NCBI GenBank assembly: GCA_965287045.1
Contig: OZ336894.1
Span: forward strand, 35,650,001 to 35,714,000
Reading direction: 5' to 3'
DNA length: 64,000 bases
Source: Carcharhinus amblyrhynchos
Taxonomy: Eukaryota
The position numbers were made by a program, and so were the translations under genes. Every line of letters begins with the position of its first letter. Positions within the stretch are counted from its first letter, which is position 1. The notes beneath the pieces are model-generated. The model saw nothing but the letters and a program-made list of their open reading frames with translations, was not told where the DNA came from and ran no database searches. Positions 1 through 13,002 of the stretch are shown here, one piece after another.

Positions 1-3000
1 ACAAATAGGCTTACATTGACACCGCAATTAAGTTACTGCGAAAATCCCCTAGTTGCCACACTCTGGCGCCTATTCGGGTACAAAGATGGTGAATTTAGCA
101 TGGCCAATGCGCCTAACCAGCATGTCTTTCGGATTGTTGGGGGAAACTCACGCCCACATGGGGAGAATGTGCAAACTCCGCACAGACAGTGATCCAAGCC
201 AGGAATCAAACCCGGGTCATTTGAATTGTGAGGCAGCTCTGCTAACTACTGTGCCACCGTGCCACCCTTGTGAAGGAATATGAGTTTTGATTTAATTTAA
301 ATTGATATTACTGAATAGCATTTTCTTTCACTTTCAGAGATGGAGGAAACAGTTCCCTGTTAACACTGCCTCCCATTCCCCTAAGAATGTTAAATATGTC
401 CCACATATATTTATTCCTACTTATTTATTTCCTTGTGCAGAAATAATTACATATCTTTTTTTCCCATATTTCACTGAGGTAACATTTAGGATAGAGTTAC
501 CATCATGGCGGACTGAGAATTTAATTGCTAACTGTGCAAATAAAGGACAGGGAGAAGAATGTATTAAATGAGTTTACTTGACATTGTTCTTTGACATGTG
601 ACTCTGCATTTAGTAACTATTCTGTGACTGCTGATGAAAACACAGTGGCAAACTGCAGGGACTTGCTGTTAATTGGTCATTATTGGTAGGAGACTCTCTC
701 TCTCACTATACTTGCAGTTTAATTATTATTCAAGGAAACAGGAGAAGAGAAAATAATAATATTAAAACATCAGGCCCTATTGTGCTACGTGGAGACTGAG
801 ATAAAAGCAATGGCGGAATGGATTGTAGAGGGGTTCGGGTGAGTTATGTCAGAGAGGTCAGCATTAATCAACTCCACCTACATGTGGGAGAAAATTCTGC
901 TACAGCTACTGCTCTATCTAATTGGCCAACAATCCTGTCATTTCAACAACACCAGGACTGAATAGTAATCACTGCTGGGACTATCACCAGTCGCTGAGGA
1001 CGAAGACCAATGGATCCGGGATTTCAGAGTGGTCAGGGAATTTTCAATGGACTTGCCTGGCAGATAGGTGACATGGTGACACAATGATTAGCGCTGCTGC
1101 CTCATAGCTCCAGGGACCCAGGTTCAATTCCGGCCTTGGGTCAAAGACTGTGCAGAGTTTGAACATTCTCCCCATGTTTGCATGGGTTTGCTCTGGATGT
1201 TCCAGTTTCAACCCACAGTCCAAAATGTGCAGGGTAGGTTGATTGACTCTGCTGAATTGACCCCAGTGTCAGAGGGATTAGCAGGGTAAACGTGTGAGGT
1301 TATGGGAATAGGGCCTGGGTGGGATTGCGGTCAGTGCAGGCTTGATGGAACGAATGGTCTCCTTCTTTACTGTAGGGATTCTAAGATACATTGACTATGT
1401 TTTAAAGACTGAGGGGAGGCTTAAAGAAGGTCTCAACGGGCTTGAGCCCTCCCCACCCCACCCCACCCCTCACCTCTTCCCGCCCAGCAGCAGGCTGTAC
1501 AGTATAAAGATGTCAGGCTGTCTGCCTTAGTTTCTGCCTTTAAAGGCACAGACAATGCAGCGGTGAGGGACAGCCTTTACCTGCCCACCTTAACACTGGA
1601 GACAGGTTAGGGATGGGTGGGAAGGTGAAGGACAGGCTGCCTGCTTTATTGTAGGAGCCCCCAACCATCAAATATCTTGGCTGTAAAATTCAGTCCAATG
1701 TGTCCCCAGCTGCTCACAACGTGAATTTATCTCCCAGAAAGGACAGGTTGCAGGGACAGCTGGGATAGATCGTAATGGGCATTAGGCCTGGCTCAGAGAC
1801 AAGAGCGATTGGTTCAAGGAATAGTTCCTCCCTTTCACATGAACTGACTACGTCTGGAGGAACACTTTTTCATTTAATAGGGAATGAATGTAGGAGCTGG
1901 TCAAACATAGGCCAGAATTTTACCGCCTCACCTGCCGTAGGAGTCGAAGCAGGTGAGAGGCAGAGCATGAGAAGATCCATTGACCTAAGGCAGGATGTTA
2001 CAGTTTCGGATGAGTGAGGCTGTAAATCCCTGCTCGTAATTGCTTGACCTTTGTTTTTTTAAAAGAATATTAGATGTAGACTTTTGCCTCAGATCTGAGG
2101 ATGGTGACTTTGATAAGACAGAGTCGATTGTTCGCAATAGATTTGGATAAAGCCATCAAGGTTTCGGTTCCTGAGGGATATTTTCTTCAGCTCCATTTTT
2201 GTATTTTTTTTTGCCTTCTTGAACTTGTTGGTTTAAAGTGTAGTTTATTTTATTAGTATCACAAGTAGGCTTATATTATCACTGCGTTGAAGTTACTGTG
2301 AAAATCCCCGAGTCACCACATTCAGGCGCCTGTTCAAGTACACTGAGGGAGAATTTAGCATAGCCAAAGCACTCGAACCAGCACATCTTTCTGACAGTGG
2401 GAGGAGGAAACCAGAGCACCTGGCGGAAACCCACGCAGACATGGGGAGAATATGCAGTCTCCACACGGAGAGTGACCCAAGCCAGGAATTGAACCCAGAT
2501 CCCTGGTGCTGTGAGGCAGCAATGCTAACCACTGTGCCACCATGGTGCCCATGCACCACCTCTGCACTCAAGTAGATTTGATTTATTATTGTCACATATA
2601 TGTATGTCACATGGCCCTGGCAAACAGATTGTAGTTTGTGCACCATTTTGATGCTTGGAATAACTAAAGGGAGGGGTTATTTATAAACTTGGAATGCCTA
2701 ATTCAATATGCACACATGTCAGAAAGGATTTAGTCAGCTTTACTGATTATTTTTTCATTGTATTCAGTGTACCTGAGCAGGTTTGGGCGTGATTTTCAAT
2801 GGGTTAATGTGAAAACTTCTCAAATAATTTTCCTTTGAAAGAGGATTGCATTGTTCAGGATACTGAGGCATTAAGTCTATGCAACAATCACAGCTCCCCA
2901 TAAATTGTCATTTTTCATTTAAAAGATTGTCACGTGCCTGTGAAATACCCAGCTAACCCCTTCCCTCAGTGTCATTAAGTTTTTGGTCCCTATGTATATT

Positions 3001-3514
3001 ATAATTATGCCATTAAATATTGCCACAAACAATGCATGTTGCTTAAGTCAACATTTTAGGAGGGCTGCCATGAATTTCCTTCAGCAAATAATTGTGCCCA
3101 ACTGGCCATTCCAGCTTGATTCTCCAAAAATGCCCCACGAAGGCAAGATAGTCCTTCAGAAAAAAAGGGACAAAATACAAGCACGATTAATTTGAATAAC
3201 ATGCACCAGAGACCTGGGTTCAATTCCTGGCTTCAGTCACTGCCTGTGCGGAGTCTGCACATTCTCCCTGTGTCAGTGTGGGTTTCCTCCGGGTGTTCCG
3301 ATTTTCTCCCACAGTCCAAAGTCTGTGCTGGTCAGGTGCATTCGCCATGCTAAATTCTCCTTCAGTGTACCCAAACAGGCACCGGAGTATGGCAACTCGG
3401 GGATTTTCACTGTAACTTGATTGCATTGTTAATGGAAGCCAACTTGTAACAATGATAAACTATAACCTTAAAACAACGTACAGATATTTGTTAACAAACA
3501 TACATTCAGATTGA

Positions 3515-3652
3515 TGGAGTCTGATGAAGAGTCATTCAGACTTGAATCATTGGCTCAATTCTCTCTCCACAGTTGCTGCCAGACCAGTTGAGAGTTTCCA
3601 GTACTTTCTCTCTTTGTTTCAGTTTCCAACATCCGCAGTAATTTGCTTTAAT
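3515..3652 (+). mobile_element. Second hammerhead-bearing repeat family (probable PLE pLTR)
   Basis: CTGATGA(3521-3527)-aGAGTC attca GACTT-GAAT, followed by the ctctccacag..gctgccagacc..tttccag..ccgcagtaatttgctttt tail. The same tail is seen at 10860-11095, 13672-13775 and 63790-63890. Confidence 0.6.
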
Positions 3653-3835
3653 TCAAATCCTTTGCTCCAATTGCACCAAAATGTTGAAAACCCATAAAAT
3701 CCCACATCTATAGTCAGCAGCTTGATTAACCAAACATTATTGATCCCCAAAAGAGAGGGGATGGAAATGAAAAATTGATACAGTTTCAACACTGAATGTG
3801 CACTCCTTAAAAAAAGGTATGGTTATTTCTTGAAG

Positions 3836-5140
3836 TGTCAGGAAAACAAAGATATAGTTATTGCTTTACGGGTTTTTGTAAGTGTATCGGTAAACATTAG
3901 AAACATGGTATAATTTTAAGTGGGTTTAATTCAATACCTTTTGTGCCTGGAAGAGTAAAACCTACAGTTAGATTCATATTGGACAAAGGTCTTTTTATGT
4001 GTGGGGGTTTGTTCAGTTCCAATTGTGTTTCCATTGTGCTTAGAGAGGACTATGCTGTAAAGAGTAAATAAATTAGAAATGGTTGCTTAGTAACAAGGGT
4101 CTTTTTCCCAGAGGGAAGGGATTTTCTTTGTTCTCGGTTTAAGCTGAATTTGTTGGCAGTTGGAAGGAGGACCCCAGGGAGTGAACATTTCTCAACTCTG
4201 CCAGGTGAAGCTGGATAGGATAAAGGATTTACAAAGATAGAGGCTTCCTAGAAAATATCTTAAGACAACAGAAGTTAAGAGAACGGAGACCAAGTCCCAG
4301 AGAATTCAAGGGAGAATAATCTGTGTTCTGAAGCAATTTTAGATTTAAAGTGGGAAAGTAAACTTCAGATGTAACTCAAAAGTTTGCTTCCATTTCAAAT
4401 CAATAGTTAAAGCAATTACTAACAGTTTGTACAGCAGTCAAGACAAAGAAATCCTAAAGGGATGGTGTAAAATCCTGGATGGAATTCATTGTTAAAAGTG
4501 AAGCTTTGTTTGAAAGAACCATTAAGAAAACCTGGCTGAGTTTCAAAATGCAAATTGCTGATTGCTAAGAAATGTTGCAAAAGATTTTAAATTGCATTTT
4601 GGGAGTTTGGAACCTCTCACGTGCCAATCATCTGGGGGTATTCTGAGGTGAGGTTCGCAGACACTTATCAGAATTTTGTTGCCTCGCCTGCCTGAGGCTT
4701 GTAAGATCCCACCCGAGGCCAATGGAGAATGCCGTTCTGTGAGTCTTGCCCAACCTGATTTTGGAGCGGGCACACTGGTAAAATTCCAACCACTGTCTTA
4801 GGTTCAGAGCAGAACTTGTGTATTTGAACACACTGTGCTTAAAGGGACTTTGCATTAATGAGACCATCGTAGCTTTAGACATACTTTGCATTCTACATTA
4901 ATCTTAAAATCTGGGGGGTGCGGGGTGGTATTTGATAAGCTAATGGGGGAGTAAAGGAGTATTTTATCTTCATCCAATATTTCATGTTTAATGTTTTTCA
5001 CTTGTTGTTAAAATTAACTGGCAGTCCTGTGTCTCTGTTCCTTTGTGTTTCTTTTTTAAAGCACGGAAATTGTGTTCTTTTGCTTGGGTTTCATTCTGGA
5101 AATTTCCTGTTCAGTCATAACACCAACTGGGATCCTAACA
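3836..5140 (+). mobile_element. Probable solo LTR with an inserted MITE-like element (about 4630-4790)
   Basis: Termini TGTCAGGA...TCCTAACA (7/8 inverted match, TG..CA). Flanks gaag/ggag. T-rich U5-like 3' part. Confidence 0.45.
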
Positions 5141-7097
5141 GGAGGATGAGGATAGGAGAAGTGTAAGGGTATATGTGCCTCCACCAATCCTGGACTACAG
5201 AAGTCTACTGGTATGAATTGGAAAGAATAATGTGAAGACACGAAATGGTGTGTTTATTTTTGTTTGCCACAAAGCTATAGTAACATTGTGAGAAAGATGC
5301 CAGGATCAAAAACAAGAGTTGGCTAAGAACCAAAGATCTAAATCTAGTACCAGTCATTAAAGCGATATTCTTCAATGGTGTTCCATGATTGACAATGTAA
5401 TGGCTTCCTAACTGTCACTATCATGTGAAATGAACCGCATGTTTGATAGATTATGCTGTGTGTGAAAACAGGAGATAATCCCAAATCCATCCCCCTCCCC
5501 CCCCCAAACCCTGACCAAAAAAAAAAGCTTTAAATAAACAAGCTCTCCCATAAACACAACGCATCAGCGACAGGATTAATAAATACTCTTTTCTCTTTTA
5601 TTTAGTGTTTACGGTTCTGGTACCGCTGTGACATGATGAGAAGTCAATCTCTATATATTTAGTACGTACACTGTAACACACTGCCAGCTATTAGAAAACA
5701 GTTTATTGAAGCATACACATCTTATTGTTGCCATTTTCATTTTTTTTTCACATATTAACAGCACTGTGGAAAGTCTCAAGTTTGCTACATTAAAAGATAC
5801 AAACACGTCACACCTCCACAGGATAAGAATTAAAAAGCTGAGTTGACGGACAGACAACATCCACAGGCAGTTTTATTTTTGTATTCAAACAGGTTAAATG
5901 ATATCCAGTGATGTCATATACCAGTTCTAAGATATTCAAAAGCTCTTTAATCCCTCTGTAAATCCAAAAACAAATCACTGATTCATTCAAGACACAGTTC
6001 TATCTCTCTCCAAATTAGTTTTGTCCAGCTACAAGTGTAAGGGGGTTAATGAACAGTAAAACAGGGAGTCCGGAAATGCGTAGCTGCAATGATTGAATAA
6101 AGCAGGATTCATTTTTTTTAAATGATGGCTAAGTTGTATGTGGTAGCTCTATCTTGTATTGTTTACGTTCTCCCTGGCCCTCTCTTCTTCCCAATCTCCT
6201 CTGTTATAAGGCGAGACACATCCAACACCATAACACCGTTAACCAGGTCACCCGTGAGAGGATTATCTGGAATTAAGCAATCAAAGACTGCTGACTTGCT
6301 TCTTACTGGGCCATGCATGTATGTCACTGAGCCGGCAAAGCCTACTCCTGCCAACACTCTGTTCAGTAACCCTCGCAGATGGCAGCAGCTCCTTTGGCGT
6401 TTCAATGTTATCAATTCAACCAATCACAATAAATTCAGTACTCATACAGTACTGTTTATCTGTAACGTTGCTGTGAGCAGTTGCAGACTCGCTCTCTGTT
6501 TAGGCGGAGGCTTAAACCATATGCTTCTTTTGATGACTATTTTGCTCCAAGCTTGACACTGGAAAAATGTGACGATACGTCAGTTGTTACAGAATCATTT
6601 ATCATGGATGCTTTTCCTTTGTACTTCAAAAATGGCAAAAGATCCTTTTGACATCCTAAGTGTTTTCTCCGAGGCCCAGTGACGCCTCCCCCTCCCCCAC
6701 CCAGCCAATGAATGTTGGCAAGTTTTCAGGTGCATGATGGGAAACAGCCATGATGGGACTTTGCATGGTATCAATGTTAAGATGAAAGGAAGGCAACAGG
6801 TTTGGGACATAAATATAAAATAGTCACTGAGGGGAACTGAGGAGCAATTTCTTGATCCGGGGGTGGGGGTGGTGGCCATGAGATGTGGAACACATTACCG
6901 ATAGGTGTCGTTGAGTGCAATATCACAAATGCATTTAAGGAGAAGCTAGGCAAACATGAAGGAGAAAGGTAGAGGAGGATATGTTCCTAGGATCGATTGT
7001 AAAGAGTGGGATGCTCCTTGTGTGGAACAGAAACATTAGCATGGTCTATCTCGGCTGAATGGCCTGTCTCTGCAGCAAATTTGACCAATTTCATTGA

Positions 7098-7395
7098 GGG
7101 TGGCACGGTAGTTAGCACTGCTGCCTCACAGCGTCAGGGACCTGGGTTCGATTCCCAGCTTGGGTCACTGCCTAAGCAGAGTCCGCACGTTCACCCTGTG
7201 TCTGCGTGGGTTTTCTCCGTGCGCTCCGATTTCCTCCACAGTCCAAAAGATGTGCTGGTTAGGTGCACTGGTCATTCTAAATACTCCCTCAGTGTACCCG
7301 AATGGGCGCCGGAGTGTGGCGACTAGGGGACTTTCACAGGAACTTCATTGCAGTGTTAATGTAAGCCTGCTTGTGACACAAATAAATAAACTTAA
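7098..7395 (+). mobile_element. HE1-like SINE with alternative tail (type B)
   Basis: Same head and core, but the 3' part is ctccctcagtgtacccga..ggcgccggagtgtggcgactagggg..tttcacag.aacttcattgcagtgttaatgtaagcct.cttgtgaca..aataaataaac. Confidence 0.9.
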
Positions 7396-10300
7396 AGAAT
7401 TTAATACAAAAGCCAGAGCCCGTCAGCGATTTTCTCCTCATTGCTCCAGACCAATCTGTGAGACAGATTATGTGTTTCACTGAGCAGCGATGCCAAAAAG
7501 TTAACAGGTTGGTACATGTACAATGGCTTCAGGTGATCAGCTTTAGTCATTGAGAAACTGCACCATTCAATTAACAATCCGTTTGTCATGTCTCAAGGCT
7601 GCTCTTTCAAATGCCATGTGCAGCAACCTTTTCGAATCACAGTTCTGTTCTGACTTACTGAATGAGCCAATGGGAGATTTAAAAATGCAAGCTACATTTC
7701 AGACACTGAACAAAGTTGCCCACTTGTTTCAAAAAGGGAAGCCTACCTTCTAGAATTGGTAACTCTCATTGATATGAAATGAGAAATCTGGACACTGGAC
7801 AATGCCTCTCAACAGCCCATTAATAACAATAGCCAGAGCAATCATTGGCAGGAGATATTTTGTGTGAGCATCACACACAGATACAGAGTGCAGCTGACTG
7901 CACTGTCCATATAAAGATGTCACAAACGCTAATGTTCATGAGCCAACAAAACAATGCACTGGACAAAAACAGAAAATGCTGGAAAATTGCGACAGATCTC
8001 TGGACAAACTGTCTATCCGCAGCCCGATTCTAGGCAGCCAGTGCAGAGGAGACTGCAACACCAGTTTCTAATCATATTGCGTGTTTCATATAATGAAACA
8101 TCGCAAAGCACCTGACAAGCATTACCAAACAAAAACTTGACACTAAGCAACGTCAGAGTTATTAAACCAGAGAACCAAAAGCTGGGTCAAACAGGTAGAC
8201 TGTAAGGAGTGTTAAGGAGGCAGAGGGAGTAACAGAAAATTTCAGAGCTTTGAGCCTTGGCTGCTGACAGCACAGTTGCGAATGGGGGAGTGATTAATAT
8301 GGGGAATGCTGATGAGGGCACAACTGGTGTAATTGGAATAATCACAAAGTGGGGTGGGTGGTGCTGTTTGGATGAAGAAGGATTTAGAGGTGGGGGGCAG
8401 AACTTTCCTGTCCTGCTCATCATTGGGTTCATAGCGGGCTGGAGAGAGGGGTGGGGGAGTCAGGGGAGGGAGTGATCATGCAAAGGTCTGTTGACCTCAG
8501 GTGAGATTTTCTGGTTTTGGGGCGCGTGTGGCTGGAAAAAAATCACTCCCCGGGAGTGGCAAGACCATTCTGGGACTGGAAAACAAGGATGTAAATTTTA
8601 ACATCAAGATGCTGGTAATCATTAACTGGTAATCAATGTAAGACTTTGAGCACAGAAATGATGCTTCTTTTTCTCATTCTTCCATAGAATCACTACAATG
8701 CAGAAGGAGGCCATTCGGCCCATCAAGTCTGCACCGACAGCAATCCCACCCAGGCCCTATCCCCGTAACCCAACATACGTCCCTGCCTGAAGGGCAATTT
8801 GTCACAGCCAATCAACCTAACCCGCACATCTTTGGAGTGTGCGAGCAGCTGGAGGAAACCCGCGCAGACGTGGGGAGAACATACAAATTCCACGCAATCG
8901 CCCGAGACCAGTTTGAATCCAGGTCTCTGGTGCTGTCAGGCAGCAGTGCTAACCACATTGTACTGCTCTGTATTAAACAACCCCTTCAAGTAAAGCTTCG
9001 CTTTAAATTAGTCTTTGAAAATGAAAATCATCACAGCGTCCCCCAACGTCCCTCACTTGGACTCTGCACAAAATTAAACGAAAATCCCACGACAGTCATT
9101 TCAGTTTCTCCTGCTGATTGGCAATTTCAAATCTTGTCAATCAGCAGTTTCTTTTCTCAAAGGAGTGCACACCATTTTAAATAGCGCAGCGGCCAACTGC
9201 GGTATCTAGTTACTCATTTTACTATGTATGATCTTTAAGTGATGATTAGCTTCCAGTGGAATGCTTCAATTACTCACATGCTTAATGATAGGGGACACAC
9301 CATCAATAATTTAACCAGGATAGTTTTAATATAACTGAAAACGATCACCCCAAAGTGAATTATTATTGACTGAGAAAGGAATTTGCTGTAGCAAATGACG
9401 TGTCTTATCTTCAGCAAATTGGCTGAAACTTTTATCAGGATTTTAGGGATCCCAACAGTGTAAAAAAAGGCCATTCGGCCTATCAAGTCTGCACAGATTC
9501 TCCCAAAAGAGTATCTCACACAGGCCCACTCTACTGCTCTATCCCCATAACCCAACTGACCAAGGCTAATCCACCTAAGCTATACATTTTTGGACGCTAA
9601 GCTGAAGTTAAAGTTTATTTATTCATCACAAGTCGGCTTGCATTCACATTGCAATGAAGTTACTGTGAAAATCCCCTAGTCATCACAATCCGGCACCTGT
9701 TCGGATACACTGAGGGAGAATTTAGCATGGCCAATTCACCTAACCAGCACATCTTTGGACTGTGGGAGGAAACCCATGCAGGCACGCGGAGAATGTGCAA
9801 ACTCCACACAAACAGTGATCCAAGCTGGGAATCAAGCCCGAGTCACTGCGGCAATTCAGCATGGCCAATCCACCAATCCTGCAGACCTTTGGACTATGAG
9901 AGGAAACCCATGAAGACACGGGAAGAATATGGAATCTCCACACAGCCACCCGAGGCCAGAATTGAACCCGTGTCCCTGGTGCTGTGAGGGAGCAGTGCTA
10001 ACCACTGCGCCACTTGCATAAAATGGATCCTGTGAAATGCTTCCAACCACAGAACGAAAAGATTTGCTTTTACATAGCATCTTTCAGACCTCTCCTGACA
10101 TCCCAATGACTTACAGCCAATGAAGTATTTTTGAAATGCAATTTGGGCTGAAGGGCCTGTTTCCATGCTGTAAACCTCTATGGCACTAAGACCACAATTG
10201 CTGTTGGAATGTAAGAAAAGGTGGCAATCCAGTTGCACACAGTAATCTCTTGGAAACAGCAATGACCAAATCATTTCTTTCCACTGGTCTTGTTTGAAGG

Positions 10301-10859
10301 ATTGATATTGGCCACGACAGAGGGAGTATCGTCTTTCCTCTTCCTCTAAATCACGCCTCACATTCCTTTTAAGATCCACTTGAGAAGGCAGGTAGAACCT
10401 TGGTTTAAAATTACATCTGAATGGCTTTCTGAAAGGGCAATGATGGGTGGACAATAAATATTGGCCTTGAAAGCGATGTTCACATCCATGAATAGGTTAT
10501 TAATAAAACCAACAGTGCAACTCTCCATTAGCACTGCACTGCTGTGTCAGTTTAAATTTTCATCTGGAGTTGGGCTTGAACCCACAGCCTTCTGACTTGC
10601 AGACAAGCACGTCACCAAAAGCATAGTGCTGTAACTGAAGAAGTCCAAAGATGTGCAGTTTAGGTGGATTGACCATGCTACATTGCCCCTTAGTGTCCCG
10701 GGATGTATAGGTTAGAAGGATCAGCTAGGGTAAATGCATAGAGTTATGGGAAAAGGGCTTGGGAGGGATTGAGACTGGTGCAGACGCGAGGGGCCAAATG
10801 GCCTCCTTCTACTGTAGGTTTCTATCAAGTCATTTCCACATTGGTTCCACTATTCTCAA

Positions 10860-11095
10860 ATATGAAAAAGAACATAGAAAGTGCTGTAAATACTCAGCAG
10901 GTCTGACAGCATTGGTGGAGAAAGAAACTGAGTTAATATTTTGAGCCCAATGTGACTCTTCTGGAATGGTTATGATCAGCTTGAAGTGTTAACTCAGTTT
11001 CTCTCTCCTAGATGCTGCCACGTCTACCGAGTATTTTCAGCAGTTGCTAGTTTAATTTCAGTTTTCCAGCATCTGCCGTGTTTCGCTTTGATTTT
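10860..11095. mobile_element. Fold-back copy of the second PLE-like family
   Basis: Left arm (aaatactcagcaggtctgacagcat..gagaaagaaactgagttaa) is the inverted complement of the right arm (ttaactcagtttctctctc..gatgctgccacgtctaccgagtattt). Confidence 0.6.
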
Positions 11096-11644
11096 GGTTT
11101 CACTATCCCATTTTTAAAAGGCCATCATTCTTTGATTGGCAAATTATTTCAAGCCACACATGAAAGAGAACAGGCTTGAAGGAGAAAATCAGATACCACG
11201 ATAAAGAGCCCATTGTCATTTTTGCACAGTGTGAAATTGTTTTGTCAAACCTTTAAATAATAGGGAGTGGGATAGCTTGATCTTGGCTTTGGACATAGCT
11301 TGGCACAACACTGAGAGCCGAAGGTCCTGTAGCGTGCTGTACTGTTCTATGTCATAGCTTGATCTGGCTCCTGTTTAGACCAGGGGAGAGATGCAGCAGT
11401 GTAGAGAGGGGCAATTCTGTTCACACAGAGGGTGGTGAGTGTCTGAAATGAGCTGCCAGAGCTAGTAGTAGAGGCGGGTACGATCTTGTCTTTTAAAAAA
11501 ACATTTAGACAGTTACATCGGTAAGATCGATACAGGGATATGGGCCAAACGTGGGTACTTGGGACTAGCTTAATGGTAAAAACTGGGCGGCATGGACAAG
11601 TTGGGCCGAAGGACCTGTTTCCATGCTGTAAACCTCTATGACTC

Positions 11645-12030
11645 TTAGGCCACAAGAAACTATAAAGGGTCGTGAACGAAGCCCAGTCCATCGCTCAAAC
11701 CAACCTCCCATCTAAGCATTATCAAGGACCCATGCACTCCGGACATTCTCTCTTCCACCTTCTTCAGTTGGGAACAAGATACAAAATTCTAAGGTCGTGT
11801 ACCAACTGACTCTAGAACAGCTTCTTCCCTATTGCTCTCAGATCTTTAATGGACCTACCTCATATTAAGTTGATATTTCTCTATACTTTAACTGTAACAC
11901 TACATTCTGCACTCTCCTTTTCTTCTCTATGAACGGTAAGCTTTGTCTGTAATAGTGTGCAAAAAACAATACTTTTACACTGTATACATGTATGTGACAA
12001 CAATAAATCAAATCAAATCAAAATCAAAAT
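11645..12030 (+). mobile_element. Rex1/Babar-type LINE 3' fragment
   Basis: Degenerate HSLF.LL..G.RY....T..L.NSFFP..  C-terminus and tail ttttacactgta..tatgtgacaacaataaat(caaat)n. Confidence 0.7.
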
Positions 12031-12708
12031 TATATTCAAAGCTGATGAAGTGAAATGGCAGAGGACATAACAAAGTCACAGATGATGGCTGCCGTGACGC
12101 ACATTCTGCTTATGAAGCAAAGAGGCATCTCACTGGATATCTAAGCCCTTGAGGAGAATCTTGCTCAAGTACTGAATCAATGCCAGGTTCCCCTCTCATT
12201 AGTCACTGTGTGGGTAGAACATAAGACTTTGCTCCTTGCTTTGAACACCGAGGCAGCCAAGTTTCACCACTGAGTAAAATTCACAGCCCGTTTATTTTGC
12301 AACACCACCATTACTCTTTGAATACATTGCTGCAATACAAGGGAGGTGCCAGCAGTGTCTCCAAACACAAAGATTCCCACTTTGCACAATAGCATTGCCC
12401 TTATTTGACTGGGAGATAATGTGTTGCCATTGGGCGAACATAACTGGCTGCCAAGTTGATTCAACATTGGGGAATGTCTATGGTGGAAAGTGGGACATCT
12501 GAGCAAATGGGCCTGCATAAATATTCTTGATCTTCAGTCAATATTGTGCTGCCCAAGTTCTTCAGGGCACAGTGGTTAGCATTGCTGTCTCACAGCGCCA
12601 GAGACCTGGGTTCAATTCCGACCTCAGGTGAGTGTGTGGTATTGTACGTTCTTCCCATTTCTGCATGGGTTTCCGCCGGGTGCACCCGTTTCTTCCCACA
12701 GTCCAAGG

Positions 12709-13002
12709 ATGTGCAGGTTAGGGGGATTAGCCATGCTAAAATGCCTCTTAGTGTCCCATGATGTGTAGGTTAGGGGGATTAGCCATACTAAATTGCCTCT
12801 TAGTGTCTCATGATGTGTAGGTTAGGGGGATTAGCCATGGTGAATTGCCTCTTAATGTCCTATGATTTGTAGGTTAGGGGGATTAGCCATGGTGAATTGC
12901 CCCTTAGTGTCCCATGATGTGTAGGTTAGGGGGATTAGCCATGCTAAATTGCCCTTTAGTATCACATGATATGTAGATTAAGGAAAATAGCCATGGTAAA
13001 TG
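12709..13002 (+). repeat. 52-bp minisatellite (about 5.6 copies) expanded inside a SINE
   Basis: Unit atgtgtaggttagggggattagccatgctaaattgccccttagtgtcccatg starts at 12709, 12761, 12813, 12865, 12917 and 12969. Confidence 0.92.

Noticed and set aside
6122-6556. Overlapping 144-aa (+) and 86-aa (-) ORFs
   Set aside because: No recognisable domain or convincing splice context. Treated as chance ORFs in unique DNA.
12709-13002. CRISPR-like periodic array
   Set aside because: Units are contiguous 52-bp tandem copies with no unique spacers, they derive from a SINE, and the context is eukaryotic with no cas genes.
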